A stretch of DNA of 64,000 nt. Origin: Monocercomonoides exilis PA203. Taxonomy: Eukaryota; Protista; Preaxostyla. The notes under the pieces were generated by a model. That model had not been told where the DNA came from. It was given only the letters and a program-made list of their open reading frames with translations, and did no database searches. Below are positions 26,006-38,997 of this stretch, in pieces. Each line of letters begins with the position of its first letter. The stretch's first letter is position 1. The translations under genes and the position numbers were made by a program. The stretch spans positions 1,240,001 through 1,304,000 of the forward strand of contig LSRY02000027.1 in NCBI GenBank assembly GCA_001643675.2, given 5' to 3'.

Positions 26006-26504
26006 AAACAAAAATGTGAAAATGTACTCACTAGCAAAATAAATATTTAAAAGTGTGTTTTACATTGCATTTATTAATTTCACAATAACATAAAAATTTT
26101 TTTTGTTTGAACAAAAAACCCCAAAGCTAAATTCAACAAAAAATAATGTATCAACTCATGATCATAGAACAGATTCCAACACCTGCTTTTTTTGCTACTA
26201 ATAGTTTATTTACATAATAGTCAATCGTTCCGAACAAAAAAATTTGCGTCTTAGAATCTGCATCTTTGGATCAAAAATGTTACCATAATAAAAGTGAAAA
26301 TTTCGGAAAACTTGAATGCATTCATTTTGAATTTGTTGATTGCTGCCTTATCATCACAGCTAAAAGAAGCACAAGGAAATGATAGTCATTTTCGGAAGCA
26401 GCAAAGAAAAGAGGCAGTCATGCAGATAATTTATCAATATCAACCGAATAAAAGAAAGATAGTTCACACTTTAAGAAATGCGTCAAGCATGATTCTTCTT
26501 TTTC

Positions 26505-26536
<32 letters not shown>

Positions 26537-29500
26537 TTTCTTCTTCTTCCTATTCCTCACTTTCACCTCATTCACAAACCACATCAACAATTTTTTCAAT
26601 TTCTTTCAAAGTCCCTTCTCGTTTTACTTATTCAAAAGCTTCAACATCTTCTTTTTTTCTTCTGCAAATACATATATCTTCTCTTGATATTTATTAAACC
26701 ACATAGAAGTTCAGTTATTGTCCCAGCCTATTTTCACCACAGACAGCGATGCGCTTGTTGAAGCACTGCCCGTTCAGCAGTGGCAATCTCTTTCAATTGT
26801 TACACCTTTTATAATGCTGAAGAAGCTGAAATTTCAACACATGCCACTCACCTACAGAATATAATTGGAGCAGAACATTTTCATTCGAAGACAAGAACAA
26901 CTGAAGAAAGTGAGAAAATAGAATTTTTGTTGGAGGAGAAGGAAAAAAAAAGCGCTTTGATCATATGAAGACAGATACTGAGTGCCTTTGCGAGATGGAA
27001 GAAGACAAAAACTACGAAGAAGTGATGATTAAGCGGCTGATTATTCGGAAGATGAAACAGCTGTAGAAGAAGAAGAAGATGTTGGAAAAACAAGATGAGA
27101 AGAAAAAGAACGATATCAAAAAGAAAAAAGGATGAGAATAAAATGTCAAGCCTATGTCGATCGGGTCGATTGGATAGAATAAGATTTACAAGATGACGAA
27201 GAAACTCAAATTGTGCTGAAGATTAAAGAAGAGCAAATGAAGAAGATGGCTTTTACACCATTTATTTTAAAGGTTTTTTCATTTTTCATTTTTCATTTTT
27301 CATTTTTCATTTTTCATTTTTCATTTTTCATTTTTCATTTTTCATTTTTCATTTTTTATTTTTTATTTTTCATTTTTTGATATTTGGCAAAAGCGAAGAC
27401 TCATTTTGGAATAAAGTGTTTGTTAAAGATGGACAATCCGAATCCCGTAACAGGACATATACGCTCACCTCAATCCTTTCCAAAGTTGCTGATAAAACCT
27501 TTTGATAGATTTTCTTCTTTGTCTGATTTGAACAATAATTCATCAACATCAAAATCGTGGTTTAGAATCTCCTTTTCTTCTGGTTTCCTCTTCACAACAG
27601 AGAACCACAGATTAATTTGGGTTCCATTTTATTTGTTGCCTCTTTTTCTTGAACGAGCTAGGGAACAGCTATGAAGAGGAAGGGAGAGAGCTGGAACATG
27701 TCGCAGTGAAGAGCACATATACTGTTGAGAATTCATGTGGAGGTGCTGGGGAGCTAACTGTCGACTTCCTTGAGCAAGGAGATGAAGAGCAAGTTGGCGT
27801 TTGGGCAGATGATGAAGCTGCCAGCGGAGGGAACATTCGGGATGGCGAGGTTGTTGTTGATGATCTTGCAGTGTTTGATAACCTCACCTCTGACTGTTGT
27901 GGAAAGTTCGTGCAGCTGGATTGCTCAAGGAATAAATCAACGAGATATGCCATTCGAAGACATTTTCAGGTGAACAAGAACATAGCAAAATGGTATCTTA
28001 TTTTGACGATAGGTCTCTTTCATCTATTGAGTGTTTTTCAAATGCCGTTGAATAGCGATGCGGAGCACAGTTGTATTCAAAAGGGATGAGGGAGTCCCCC
28101 TTTAAACAATGGTGCAGTTGGCGAGATACACTGAAGAATTTCTGCAGTTTTTAATCGATCAAGTAACTACCGAGCTGGTCGAGCGATATGGAAGTGAAGA
28201 TGGAGTTTATTATGCTGCAGGAGCTTTCAGATTGATTTGGTTTTAAGGAAAAAGAAGGAAAAATCTATCATTTTCTATGGAGAGATCTGTCGTAATAGTT
28301 ATTCAATGAAGCTCCTGGGAGATATAGCCGAATGCAAACATGGCTGAAACAGCATTTGAAGCGGAGAGCCGATGTGCTAAAGATTAACGCCTGGATTCCT
28401 GAAAGTTCGAAGAGCAGACTGAAAGGGGCAGATTTCCCATGTGAGCAAAATATCCAATCGGGATGAGGTGAGTGTGCTAGTTGGCTTGAGAAAAGATGGA
28501 GGAGGACGCAGCAAGGGATCCGTCGAGGAGGGAGAAGACGGAAGAGTTGACAGATGCGAAGGAGGAATAGAAGGAAAAGTTGCAGCTGATGAGAAGCGAA
28601 ATAGCTATGAATAGATGGTAAAATTAATGGAGAGCAGACTCCCCAAGACGGACTTGACTAGGATGCCAGCAAGGGAAGTTGGGATATGGAAGGAGGCGGA
28701 GGAGCAGATTCAGAAGGTGTTTCCGATAGAGCAGCAGATGTATAGAACAGCTGTGGAGATGGAGGAGCAGGGGGCAAGTGGGGAGCGTCTTCTTTGATTA
28801 ATGAATAATCGGGTAGTACGATCGAAGGTGATGATTGAGAAGAGGTTGAAGAAGAGGCATAGGCAGGGATGGGAGTAATCGAGGCAGTAGAAACGGGAGT
28901 TTGGAGAGAGAGAAAGAAAGAGAAAGAGAAAGAGAGAGGATTAGTTGAAGTCGAGTGAAAAGAGGGATTCGTTATTTAGGATGGGATGTTTAAGCTATGC
29001 AGAAATGAGTGTATCCGGAATTAGAGACGAGGGAGCAACACTCAAAATACATGCTCACTTCTTCATCCTCCGCCTTAGCTTATTCAATTGTTGTTTAAAG
29101 TTTCTGAATGGAAAATATTGTGATCGACGAAAGGCCAGTGGCGGAGTGGGAAGATGACTGGATGAATGACAAAATGTGGAAGAAAGCAGAAAGGAGCAGG
29201 GGAAATGAAGAGGATGAAAAAGAAGAAGAAAGAAGAAAAATAAAGAAGAGGAAGAGGAGAAGGATAAGCAGAAGAAATGAATGGAATAGTCTGACTGAGA
29301 ATTTTTAATTAATGAGTGGAGAATAGTATGTTTTGTGTTGCTGTTTTTGTTGTTGAAGAAAATGTTGCTTGATGAGCAAAGAAGAAATCGGAGTTTCAGT
29401 ATTGTTGTTTGATGCCACAAGAATTCTATTTAAAACAATTGATGAATTTCAAAAAAAGAAGGGTTTATTCTTGAAATATCAGAATTTAAAGAAGAATATT

Positions 29501-30946
29501 CGTTTGAAATTGAGAAATCGCCAAATGGACAAGAAGAGAAAGGAGTAGATGACGAACAGGAAGAGACAATGAGGGGTGGAGGAAAGCGGATAGTCAGAGA
29601 GAGAAGAGCGCTGAGAGCTGGAAATATTTGGTTATTTGTGTATATATGATTAAATTGGAGAAACACTCTGGAGATGATGGGAGTCAAATGAAAAAGAAGT
29701 TGAAGAGAAGGAAGAGGTTTATATTAAAGAAGAAGATCTTAGCCTATTCGGATATATATGTTAAAAAGAAGGATTAAAATGAAGATATGAAGTGCCAGAC
29801 GAGAAAGAAGAAGAAGCAAAGGAAGATTCCGAAGCAGAGAAGATGAAGAAGATAAGGAATAGGAAGATGAAAGGAGTGGATATTCTGTGAAGAGGATAAA
29901 GACAGATGAACAGCAGCAACAGCTGCAGCACCAGAAGAAGAAGAAGAAGGTAAATACATCAAAGAAGAAATTACCGATAGGTCATTGAGGGAAATTTGTC
30001 AGACTACAAAGGCTTGGAATTAAACTGGAGTTGTTTATGAGTACTCACGAACGAAAGAGAAGATGAGGGAGGTGTTGAAGGAGATGCTTCTGAGAAGGAC
30101 ATACGCAGAGAACGCTCATTTTCTTGGAGGCAATACAGCTCTCTCTTGCTTATTGAGTATGATTGAAGGATGAGAGTGAATTATGAGGTTTCTGGACTTT
30201 TTATGCTTTCAGTTGCTGCTGATTATACACAAATCTCTTTTTGTTTATCTCTGTTCTCTTGTAATAGTGCTTTCCAGCTTCGTTCGGGTTGAGGATTGTC
30301 GCAGAAGGCGGATTTAGTGTGGCTGCTTGAATTAAAAAGGAGCAGTTGCAATTAGATGATCTGTATTGATCGCTGGAAAGTTGGCTGGTTCTGCATTGGA
30401 TGCTACATGATTTATTGAGATGTGCGAATTATTAGAAAGAGAGATATTTCATTCTGGAAATTCGAGAAGAGGAGAGGAGATGATTGAGGAAGATGACGTG
30501 GAGAAGGAAAAAGAAGATGAAGAAAACAAAGATAAAGTTTCATGAGAAAAATAAAAATAAGGAAAGAAGGAAAGAAGAAGACAAATTTTTCATTCATCTT
30601 CATCACTTTCTTCTTTATCCTCTGCTTTATTATCCTCTTTTTCATTTGCCATATCGCCACTTATGGTTCAATGGTCTTCTCCTTCCTCCTCCTTCTCTCC
30701 CTCCCTGCTAACATTTTCTGTTTATTCCAATGCATCTCCTTTATCCAAAACATCTTCAATAAGCATTCTACATGTAATTTGTTCTCATATACTGTTCTTA
30801 TATCTCTTCCCTCATTCCACTTTAATCCCTATTGTTATTTTTCAGTTAATTGTGCTTGAGTAATTTGTGTCATCATAATTGCAGAGTCAATCACGATTAA
30901 CACCTTTTTCTCAACATTCCTTTGATGCTTCTTCTTCTTCTTCTTC
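26006..30946 (+). repeat. Right arm of ~4.9-kb near-perfect inverted repeat (decayed gene content; similarity fades into a CTT array to ~31140)
   Basis: Reverse complement of 8849-13789. Confidence 0.95.
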
Positions 30947-33536
30947 CTCTTCTTCCACTTCCTCTTCTTCTTCTTCTTCATCTTTCTCCTCTTTCTCCTC
31001 TTTCTCCTCTTCTTCTTCTTCTTCTTCTTCTTCTTCTTCTTCTTCTTCTTCTTCTTCCTATTCCTTTTCTTCTTCTTCTACCTTTTCCTCATCTTCTTTT
31101 ATCTCATTATCATCATCTTCTTTTTCTTCTTCTTCTTCTTTTTCTTCCTCTTCTCCTCCTCCTCCTCCTCCTTCTTCTTCTTCTTCAAATGGAAAGTTTT
31201 CCTCTTCATTTTCTTTTTCATTATCTTTTCCTTGTTCTCCTTCTTTTTCTTCCATCCTCTTCTTCCCTCTCCCTCAACATTCCACATTCTTTTATCTTTT
31301 TCCTCTACGCTCTTTCCTCTACCTCTGTGACTTTCTTCGCATTCAGCTGGTCTTTGATGGCTTGTTCGAAAATGATCTTTTCCTGCATAGCCCTCATCTT
31401 TGTTGTTTCAAACTATTTTTCTTTCTTATTCCTCAGCTGCTCTGCCTCGTATGCTGCTTCTCGCTCCTGAAGAGAGAAGAGAGAGAGAGTCGACGGCAGA
31501 AAAGCGAAAGGAGAAAGATGCACAGGAGGAGGACGATGTGAAGAAGAAGAAAAAGTGAAATTGCTCAGAAGATTGAGAAGCACTACGTTACAAATTGCAA
31601 TGACGAGATCTATGGAAATGAGATGCTCGACAGAGTCACTGGAGTCAGCATTGAACACAAAGATGGGAGAGGCAACGCCGAGTGTGGATAGTTTGATGTG
31701 GGAGAGTTTGAAGAATAAAGCGGGGAGAACGCAGAAGCAAGAAGCTGAGGTTGACATAAAAATGGTGGAAAAATAGAGGGAGGAGTGCACATCGAGAAAT
31801 AATTCAAAACGGTATAAGAACGAGGAACAGGTTGATTAAAACAATAGATGTTAGGAGATAGCAGTTAATGAATATGCAATCGTTGAGAAACACAGTAATA
31901 GCAAGAAAATGTTGACAAAAGGATCTCAAACAAGAATTGCAGGGACAAAATAGACTTCAGGTGGAAGCCTAATGGTGGAAAGGTTTTAGAAAGAGGAATC
32001 GTTGGAGGATGAAGAGTGAGAAGAAGTGGAGAAGATTGGATACGATGAAGAAGCTGAAACAGAAGAAGTCGGAATCTCTGATGGGGGTTTTGTGGAGAGA
32101 GAGCGTTGAGTGAAATCGAGTGAAAAAAGAAATTCGTTGATTTTGAAGCGAATCCTGGAAAACTAGAGAAAGACATATTTGCTGACAAAAGCATCACTCA
32201 AGGCGAAGCGGTGGTTGAGGATAGAGAAAGAGGAATGGAAGGAACATTTGCAAGTTTGGAGCAATCGAGACAAACAGTCGCAATTTCTTGTTGTTAAGGC
32301 ACACAATTGCAGCTTCAATTGCGTCAGAATAGTAGACTGCAAATCCTCTATCAGCATTCACACGGGCATTGGCCCGTTGTATGTGTATTTAACGTTGTGG
32401 ATGTTAGCATTGTCCAGAGCGATGGCTGTTCTGGGGTGTGTGACAAGTTAAAACGAAGCAGCGGAGCTAGCCAAAGCAAATGAGCAGAAGGCAACGAGTG
32501 CAGTGACAGAATTCATAGAGAACTGGAGAGAGAGGGATGAGAGTGTTGAGGAAGTGGATGGAGCAGTTATCTGGAGAAAGTGTAGCGAAAAGAAAACAGT
32601 GATGTTTATGCAGTGATAAAGAGATGTATGCCTTTTTGATGAGTCAGCTGTAGTTTGAGCAGTTTTCGTAAGCAGATTATATCTCGAAAAATAGCAGCCT
32701 GCAAAACCAGGCAACTTAGGAGACAGATATCAGGATAAAGGATGAGAGACGAGGAAGAAAAAAGGAGAATAAAAGAAGCACAGATGATTTAAAGATGAGA
32801 AAGATGAAACGAGGATATCCGTGCTGTTGAAGCCATAAAAGAAAAAAAAAGTAGAAATTTTTGAATTTCATTTTATTTATTCATTATTTCATTGCATTTT
32901 TTTTAACTTTGTTTTATCAATTTATTTAAATGACTTTTTTAAAGTATTATTTATTTCCAAGCTAATGTCAACTACAAATTGTTGAATATCTGATAAATAT
33001 CTTGTTATGCTATCATATTTTTCTATCTGTGTTAATGTGAATTGTTAAATTTCAACGAATATTTTATGATCTTCTATTTCAATTTTAAAATTTCTTTGCA
33101 ATAACATCATAAAATTTATATTTACATAAAAAATAAATTTATTGAGTGTTATTAATTATTGTTTTCATGTTATATTAGCGATTAAGCAAGTATCTTGTTC
33201 GATTTATTTTAGTTTCGATATTTTCAAAAATTTTTTAATGTTTTTTTTCAAATTTTGTAATAAAAGCTATAAAAATCAAGTTAAAATCAACATATAAATA
33301 ATAGTTATTATTAATTAAACTTTAATTTCATGTTATTTCAAATAAAAATTTTCTTATTAACTCCAACCTTAATGAAAATTTTTTATGATCAAACGTCGAA
33401 ATTTTTTATGATATCAAAAAAAATCACCCATGTTCAAATTGTCACATTTTCATCTGCTTTGGCTTCATCTATTGTTTCTTTGAGATTTTGTCAACAAGTT
33501 CATAAAGTTTTTTATTTTTTATTTTTTTTTTCATTT

Positions 33537-33793
33537 GTGTGATTATTTTTGAAATCATATATTTTTTCGGGGTGTTGATTTTTCAAAGATTGTTTGTTAT
33601 TGAATAGAGAATTTGAATTTTTATGAAAAATTCCATCAAAACCATATTAAACACAAATGTTTAAACTATAACAATAAAGAAAATATTTTTTGTTAAATTT
33701 TTAAATTTTTAGTGTTTTGTTGTTAATATTTTTGGAAATTTTTCGAATCGAATTTTTTGAATGAAATAATATTTTATTCAAAAATAATCAACC
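33537..33793 (+). mobile_element. ~257-bp MITE, GGGTGA-type TIR, TSD ATTT
   Basis: GTGTGATTATTTTTGAAATCATAT...TTCAAAAATAATCAACC with ATTT on both sides; internal TTTTTTCGGGGTGTTGATTTTTCAAAGATTG shared with the other copies. Confidence 0.8.
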
Positions 33794-34009
33794 ATTTATT
33801 TATTTAGATTAATTTTTAATTTTTTTTTAATTTTTTTATTTTTTTTCTAATGAGAAAAGTTTTTCTTTTTTTTTGATGTTTTCTTTTCTTTACTTTAATT
33901 TTTATTTTGAAAATTTAAATTTTAAAACACTTCAATAGAATAATAAAAAATTAGCGATTGAGAAAATATTAATTTCCACATGTATCGAAACATAATAAAC
34001 TCGATGAAT

Positions 34010-34915
34010 GAAGGGAAAATGTTTTCTATTTTGAATAATAATTTTCGATGTTGAATTAAAGTTTTTCGATCAAGAAAACTTTTTTGTGTTACTCCCCAAA
34101 TAAGAAGTTGTCGTTCCTTGAACTGACAATAAAGAGCATTTTGCTGATAATGATATTCACAGCCTGCATGTTCCTTGAGCAAGCATACCTCTCAATGACA
34201 TCATCGATTGTGGATTCAAGTGCAGTGCACATCCAAACGAAGCTCGAGATGACAAACAAACCTTCCTTCACAACAGTGCCTTTCCTCGACGAGCCAAATG
34301 TGAAGATTTGCCCAGCTTGAATTTTGTTGTGCCAATGGGAACCCATAAAAATGAAACACCTTGAATGTGACACATTTCTCCTGAACACAAGGGACTTCAC
34401 CCCGCTGATAGTGGAGCGGATTAGGAAGCTTGCAAGAATAGGCTTTTCTTTGATAGGAGTTCCCAAACACAACTACCCTTGAACCATAAAGTACACTTCC
34501 ATTTCAACGCTTATGCTCAACAAAGTTCCAGAAGTGCTCGTTGCAAAATATGCTAGACTCTCACCGACAGCACACACACCTTCAAGGTTTTATCTATCCT
34601 CAAATTTCTCCCATCAAATGGCACACCAACTTATCTCAGCATTGAACACACAACCAAGCAATTCCTCAGAAATTATCAGATTTGTTCTGCCACCACTCAA
34701 AGAAAGCACAGAGTAAGATCCAGAGGTCGCGCATCCATTAAAGATTGAGGAGCCAGGAGACCAAGAATCAGAAGGCAGTGAAACGATCGGAATCGAGGAC
34801 ATTTTACGCACAATCAGGCATTTACTCGGCACATGAGTAGACACCAAGGAACAAGTGAAAAGCCCAATTATTATCACTCCCATAATAGAGAGGTGTCGTA
34901 GATAGATTGTTCTTG
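34010..34915 (+). pseudogene. Hypothetical membrane-anchored protein pseudogene
   Basis: ORFs 34084-34320 and 34513-34716 share a frame across in-frame stops; hydrophobic segment ILLIMIFTACMFL. Confidence 0.35.
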
Positions 34916-36487
34916 ACGAACTTTTTTGTTTTTATTTCTATTTTTTTTTTATATTGAAATCATTTCATATTTTTCAAAAAAAAATAAACCAGAAACTTAT
35001 CCCTCAATTTTTATTATTTTTATTGCCAGTGAAAAGACAAGCACTAAAAACGAAACTTGTTCATATACGTTGAAAAAATACAGATTTCCATGTGCATCAC
35101 CAAAATGTGGTCTTATTTGTTCTTTTCTTTTTCTATAAAGAATATTTTCGATATTTTTTGTATAATGTTGAATAATGATGGGCTTAAATCCATGTTTATT
35201 TATTTTTGAATCGTAAAAAAATGCAAAAAATGTATTGACAGAAAATTTGACATTTTTATTTTCTTATAAAAAAATTTTTTATTTTGATTGATTTGTAGTT
35301 TTTTGTTAAATTTTCTTTCTTTTTCATTCTTTCAATAAACAAAACGAGATGAAACAAAGGATTTCATATTTCCTTCATTCAATATTTTCAAGTTGTTTAT
35401 TTCTTCTTATTTTTGAAAAAATGCAGAAACATTGGAAATCTGTAACTTTTTCGTTGATTAGATTGATAAATAATCTCTTAATGTTTCTCTTCAATTATAG
35501 AATTGTTGTTTTTGATGATGTGTTCTTCAAAGGATAAGATAAATTTCTATAAATTTTTCAATTTCTCTTCATTTCAATTTTTTGAATTGTTAGGTATGAA
35601 GTATTTATTGCATTGAATTTAGATCAAATAATCACAAAAATAACACAGCGCTCATTCATTGAATTTGAACTTTTTGATAAAAAATAATTGATAGTATTTT
35701 TTTTAGAAAATAGAAATGATAATATGGATTATGCTGTAATAGCAAAAAAAGCACACATCATTAGAAATAAACACAAAAAACCTCAATATTCCATTTTCAT
35801 CTGAGAATATTTCAATCAACTATGAACCATTGATGTATTTCACGAAATATTCATTTTTGTTCTGGTTCACAAAATTATTTGTTCGTCGTTGATTTCTTTA
35901 ATTCAAAAATTAAAAATCAAACAAAATTGAAATTTGTATATATAACTCAAATCAATGTGCAAAAATTTTCTTCTATCAAATGAAACAAACACATTTTAAA
36001 TGAAAAGCTTATTTATTAAAAACCAACGTAATGATAATAATAATAATAGTCTGTTCTCGCATTGTGCCAATATTGAAATACTATATGTGAATAACAACCA
36101 TAAAATAAATACATCTGTTTTTTCATTCCTAAGAGTTTTTGTTTAATTTAAAATAAGATAAGATACGATTTGCCATAAGAACAAAGGCTTGTTTTTATTG
36201 TCTTTTGATTGCATCATTATTCAATTGGTTGCTGTCAATGATATTAATTCTGGATCATCATAAGTTTTATTTTGCAGTGTTTTCTCACTGATTTTCAGCA
36301 TTAATTTTGTTTTTTCCTATATTTTCAGATTCAAATTGCATTTTGATCCTTATGAAATAGAAACTGATGCAAATGTGAAAATAAAATTTACTTTTTTTTC
36401 ACATCAAAACATGATTTTTGAATATTCATTTCTAACAACGATTTCTATATTAATTTTCGTTAAATAAAATAGATTTATCAAATATAT

Positions 36488-36742
36488 GGGTGAATATTTT
36501 TGAAATCATATCTTTTTTCGGAGTGTTGATTTTTCAAAGATTGAAAGTTTTTCGAAATAAATTTTCATTACAAAAAAAAATGCATGATAATTGTTTTGAA
36601 TATCAAGTGTTTTTCCAAAATCAAAGATTAAAATGCATTCAATAAGCCTTTTAACTTTTCAATTTTTTTTCATTGATATTAAAGAAATATTTTTTCACCG
36701 AAATTTTTGAACGAAAAAATATGATTTCAAAAATAATCACCC
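36488..36742 (+). mobile_element. 255-bp MITE, GGGTGA-type TIR, TSD ATAT
   Basis: GGGTGAATATTTTTGAAATCATAT...ATATGATTTCAAAAATAATCACCC with ATAT on both sides. Confidence 0.88.
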
Positions 36743-37100
36743 ATATTCTCACATATATATAGTTCAAAAAAAAGTTAAATATGTTTTGAAAGTAATTTAA
36801 ATATTTGATTATGTTTTCCATAAAAATGAATTTCTTCAAAAAATAAAAAAAAATAAAAAAAAAAAAAATGAAAAAAACACATTAATGCATTCCAAATATT
36901 TTCAAATGAACTCTGTTCCAAATAATTGCAATTGATGAAATATTTTTGAAACCATAGTGAACAGGTATTTTTAACTGAAGAGGGTTTTTTCCCCAACCAT
37001 TTGAATTTTTATTTATTATTTGTTTTTTTGTAAATTTAATAAACACATTTTGAATCGAACACGATTTCAAATGTCAGGTAGATGGGAGTGTTAAGCCCCT

Positions 37101-37139
37101 TCATTGAACTTCTGTGTGGAATTGGAGGGTGACATGGGG
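37101..37139 (+). promoter_or_regulatory. Conserved 39-bp motif (copy 2), upstream of the pogo gene once the foldback is removed
   Basis: 31/39 identity to 3241-3279. Confidence 0.4.
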
Positions 37140-37168
37140 CATAAGACCTATGGTTTGTTTTAAATGTT

Positions 37169-38911
37169 GGCATAGGTTCAAACACGTTCCTTTTGCAATT
37201 TGCGTTTTTAAACCCTCAAATAATAACGAATTAATAGATAATAATTATTTAAAAACTTTTTATGGACCAATTTTTCGAAAAAAATTTTTCTTGTTGAAAA
37301 AAATGACTTTTGAAAAATGACCCATAAAAACATGAATTTCATAAAAAATTATTCAAATTTAAAAGAAAACGTGATTTTTACACATAAAAAGTGTTTGCAT
37401 TATTATATAGACTTATTTTATTTGTTAATTTTCATCAAAAAAATATAAATCTTAAATAAAAAATTTAATTAAATATCTTTGATCTAACCCACAATAAAAT
37501 TTTTAATATCTGGAAAATTTGAATATGCTGTTTTGGTTTAAATAGAACCTAAAAGTGTGTAATTCATTCACTTTTATATGTTAATATAAGTATATTATTA
37601 TATGCACACTTGTATAATATTGAAAACAGATTTTATTCACAGTTTCATTAAAGTGTGCTTTTTGACTTTAATTTTCATTAGCGTGCAGATATTAATTTCA
37701 AAATCGGTTGCAATGGAACGCAAAACGTATTATATGATTCATAATATCAAATAAATATTCATTTTGTTTTTATCTTTCAAATATTTTCTTTTCCTTTGAT
37801 ATGTTAATGTATTTTTTTATTAGACTCGATCAAAACATGCATTTATGAATAAATCTTGCAAAAATTTACAATAATCACACAAAATAATTCAATGTTGTAT
37901 TATAAAAACAATGAAGTTTATAAAAGTTTCTCATTTTTATGTTTTTTTTAAAATAAAATGAAAAATGAGATTGATTTTGTTCTTCAATCTGAATTATTTT
38001 CATATCATATCCCATTTTCATATTTTCCATTTATTTCCACATCATTTGGCATGGTTCTTCTTCACTTCCACATATTTCAACATCTTATCCACATGAATAA
38101 CTAAATCAATCTCATTTTTCATTTTATTTTAAAAAAAACATAAAAATGAGAAACTTTTATAAACTTCATTGTTTTTATAATACAACATTGAATTATTTTG
38201 TGTGATTATTGTAAATTTTTGCAAGATTTATTCATAAATGCATGTTTTGATCGAGTCTAATAAAAAAATACATTAACATATCAAAGGAAAAGAAAATATT
38301 TGAAAGATAAAAACAAAATGAATATTTATTTGATATTATGAATCATATAATACGTTTTGCGTTCCATTGCAACCGATTTTGAAATTAATATCTGCACGCT
38401 AATGAAAATTAAAGTCAAAAAGCACACTTTAATGAAACTGTGAATAAAATCTGTTTTCAATATTATACAAGTGTGCATATAATAATATACTTATATTAAC
38501 ATATAAAAGTGAATGAATTACACACTTTTAGGTTCTATTTAAACCAAAACAGCATATTCAAATTTTCCAGATATTAAAAATTTTATTGTGGGTTAGATCA
38601 AAGATATTTAATTAAATTTTTTATTTAAGATTTATATTTTTTTGATGAAAATTAACAAATAAAATAAGTCTATATAATAATGCAAACACTTTTTATGTGT
38701 AAAAATCACGTTTTCTTTTAAATTTGAATAATTTTTTATGAAATTCATGTTTTTATGGGTCATTTTTCAAAAGTCATTTTTTTCAACAAGAAAAATTTTT
38801 TTCGAAAAATTGGTCCATAAAAAGTTTTTAAATAATTATTATCTATTAATTCGTTATTATTTGAGGGTTTAAAAACGCAAATTGCAAAAGGAACGCGTTT
38901 GAACCTATGCC
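37169..38911. mobile_element. Foldback element, ~810-bp arms and 125-bp spacer, GGCATAGGT termini
   Basis: Arms 37169-37977 / 38103-38911 (coordinates sum to 76080; one mismatch seen); flanks TAAATGTT / AAAATGTT, a 7/8 match to an 8-bp TSD. Confidence 0.8.
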
Positions 38912-38997
38912 AAAATGTTATTTTTCGATTTTTATAATTTCATTTCAATTAAAAAAAAATAAAAAAAAATTATGATAAAAAAAATAAAATTAAAAAA

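Larger units (their letters stand above)
4739..33429 (+). mobile_element. Giant (~28.7 kb) Sola-like DNA transposon carrying deubiquitinase genes and cargo
   Basis: Left end GGGTGATTTTTTTTGACATCATAAAAAA (4739-4766). Right end reverse complement GGGTGATTTTTTTTGATATCATAAAAAA (33402-33429), 27/28 match. ATGT on both sides (4735-4738, 33430-33433). Encloses a Sola-like transposase gene. Confidence 0.75.

Noticed and set aside
8849-30946. The 4.9-kb arms as the transposon's own TIRs
   Set aside because: Their outer ends dissolve in microsatellite with no TSD or defined terminus; the 28-bp TIRs with an ATGT TSD further out fit better.
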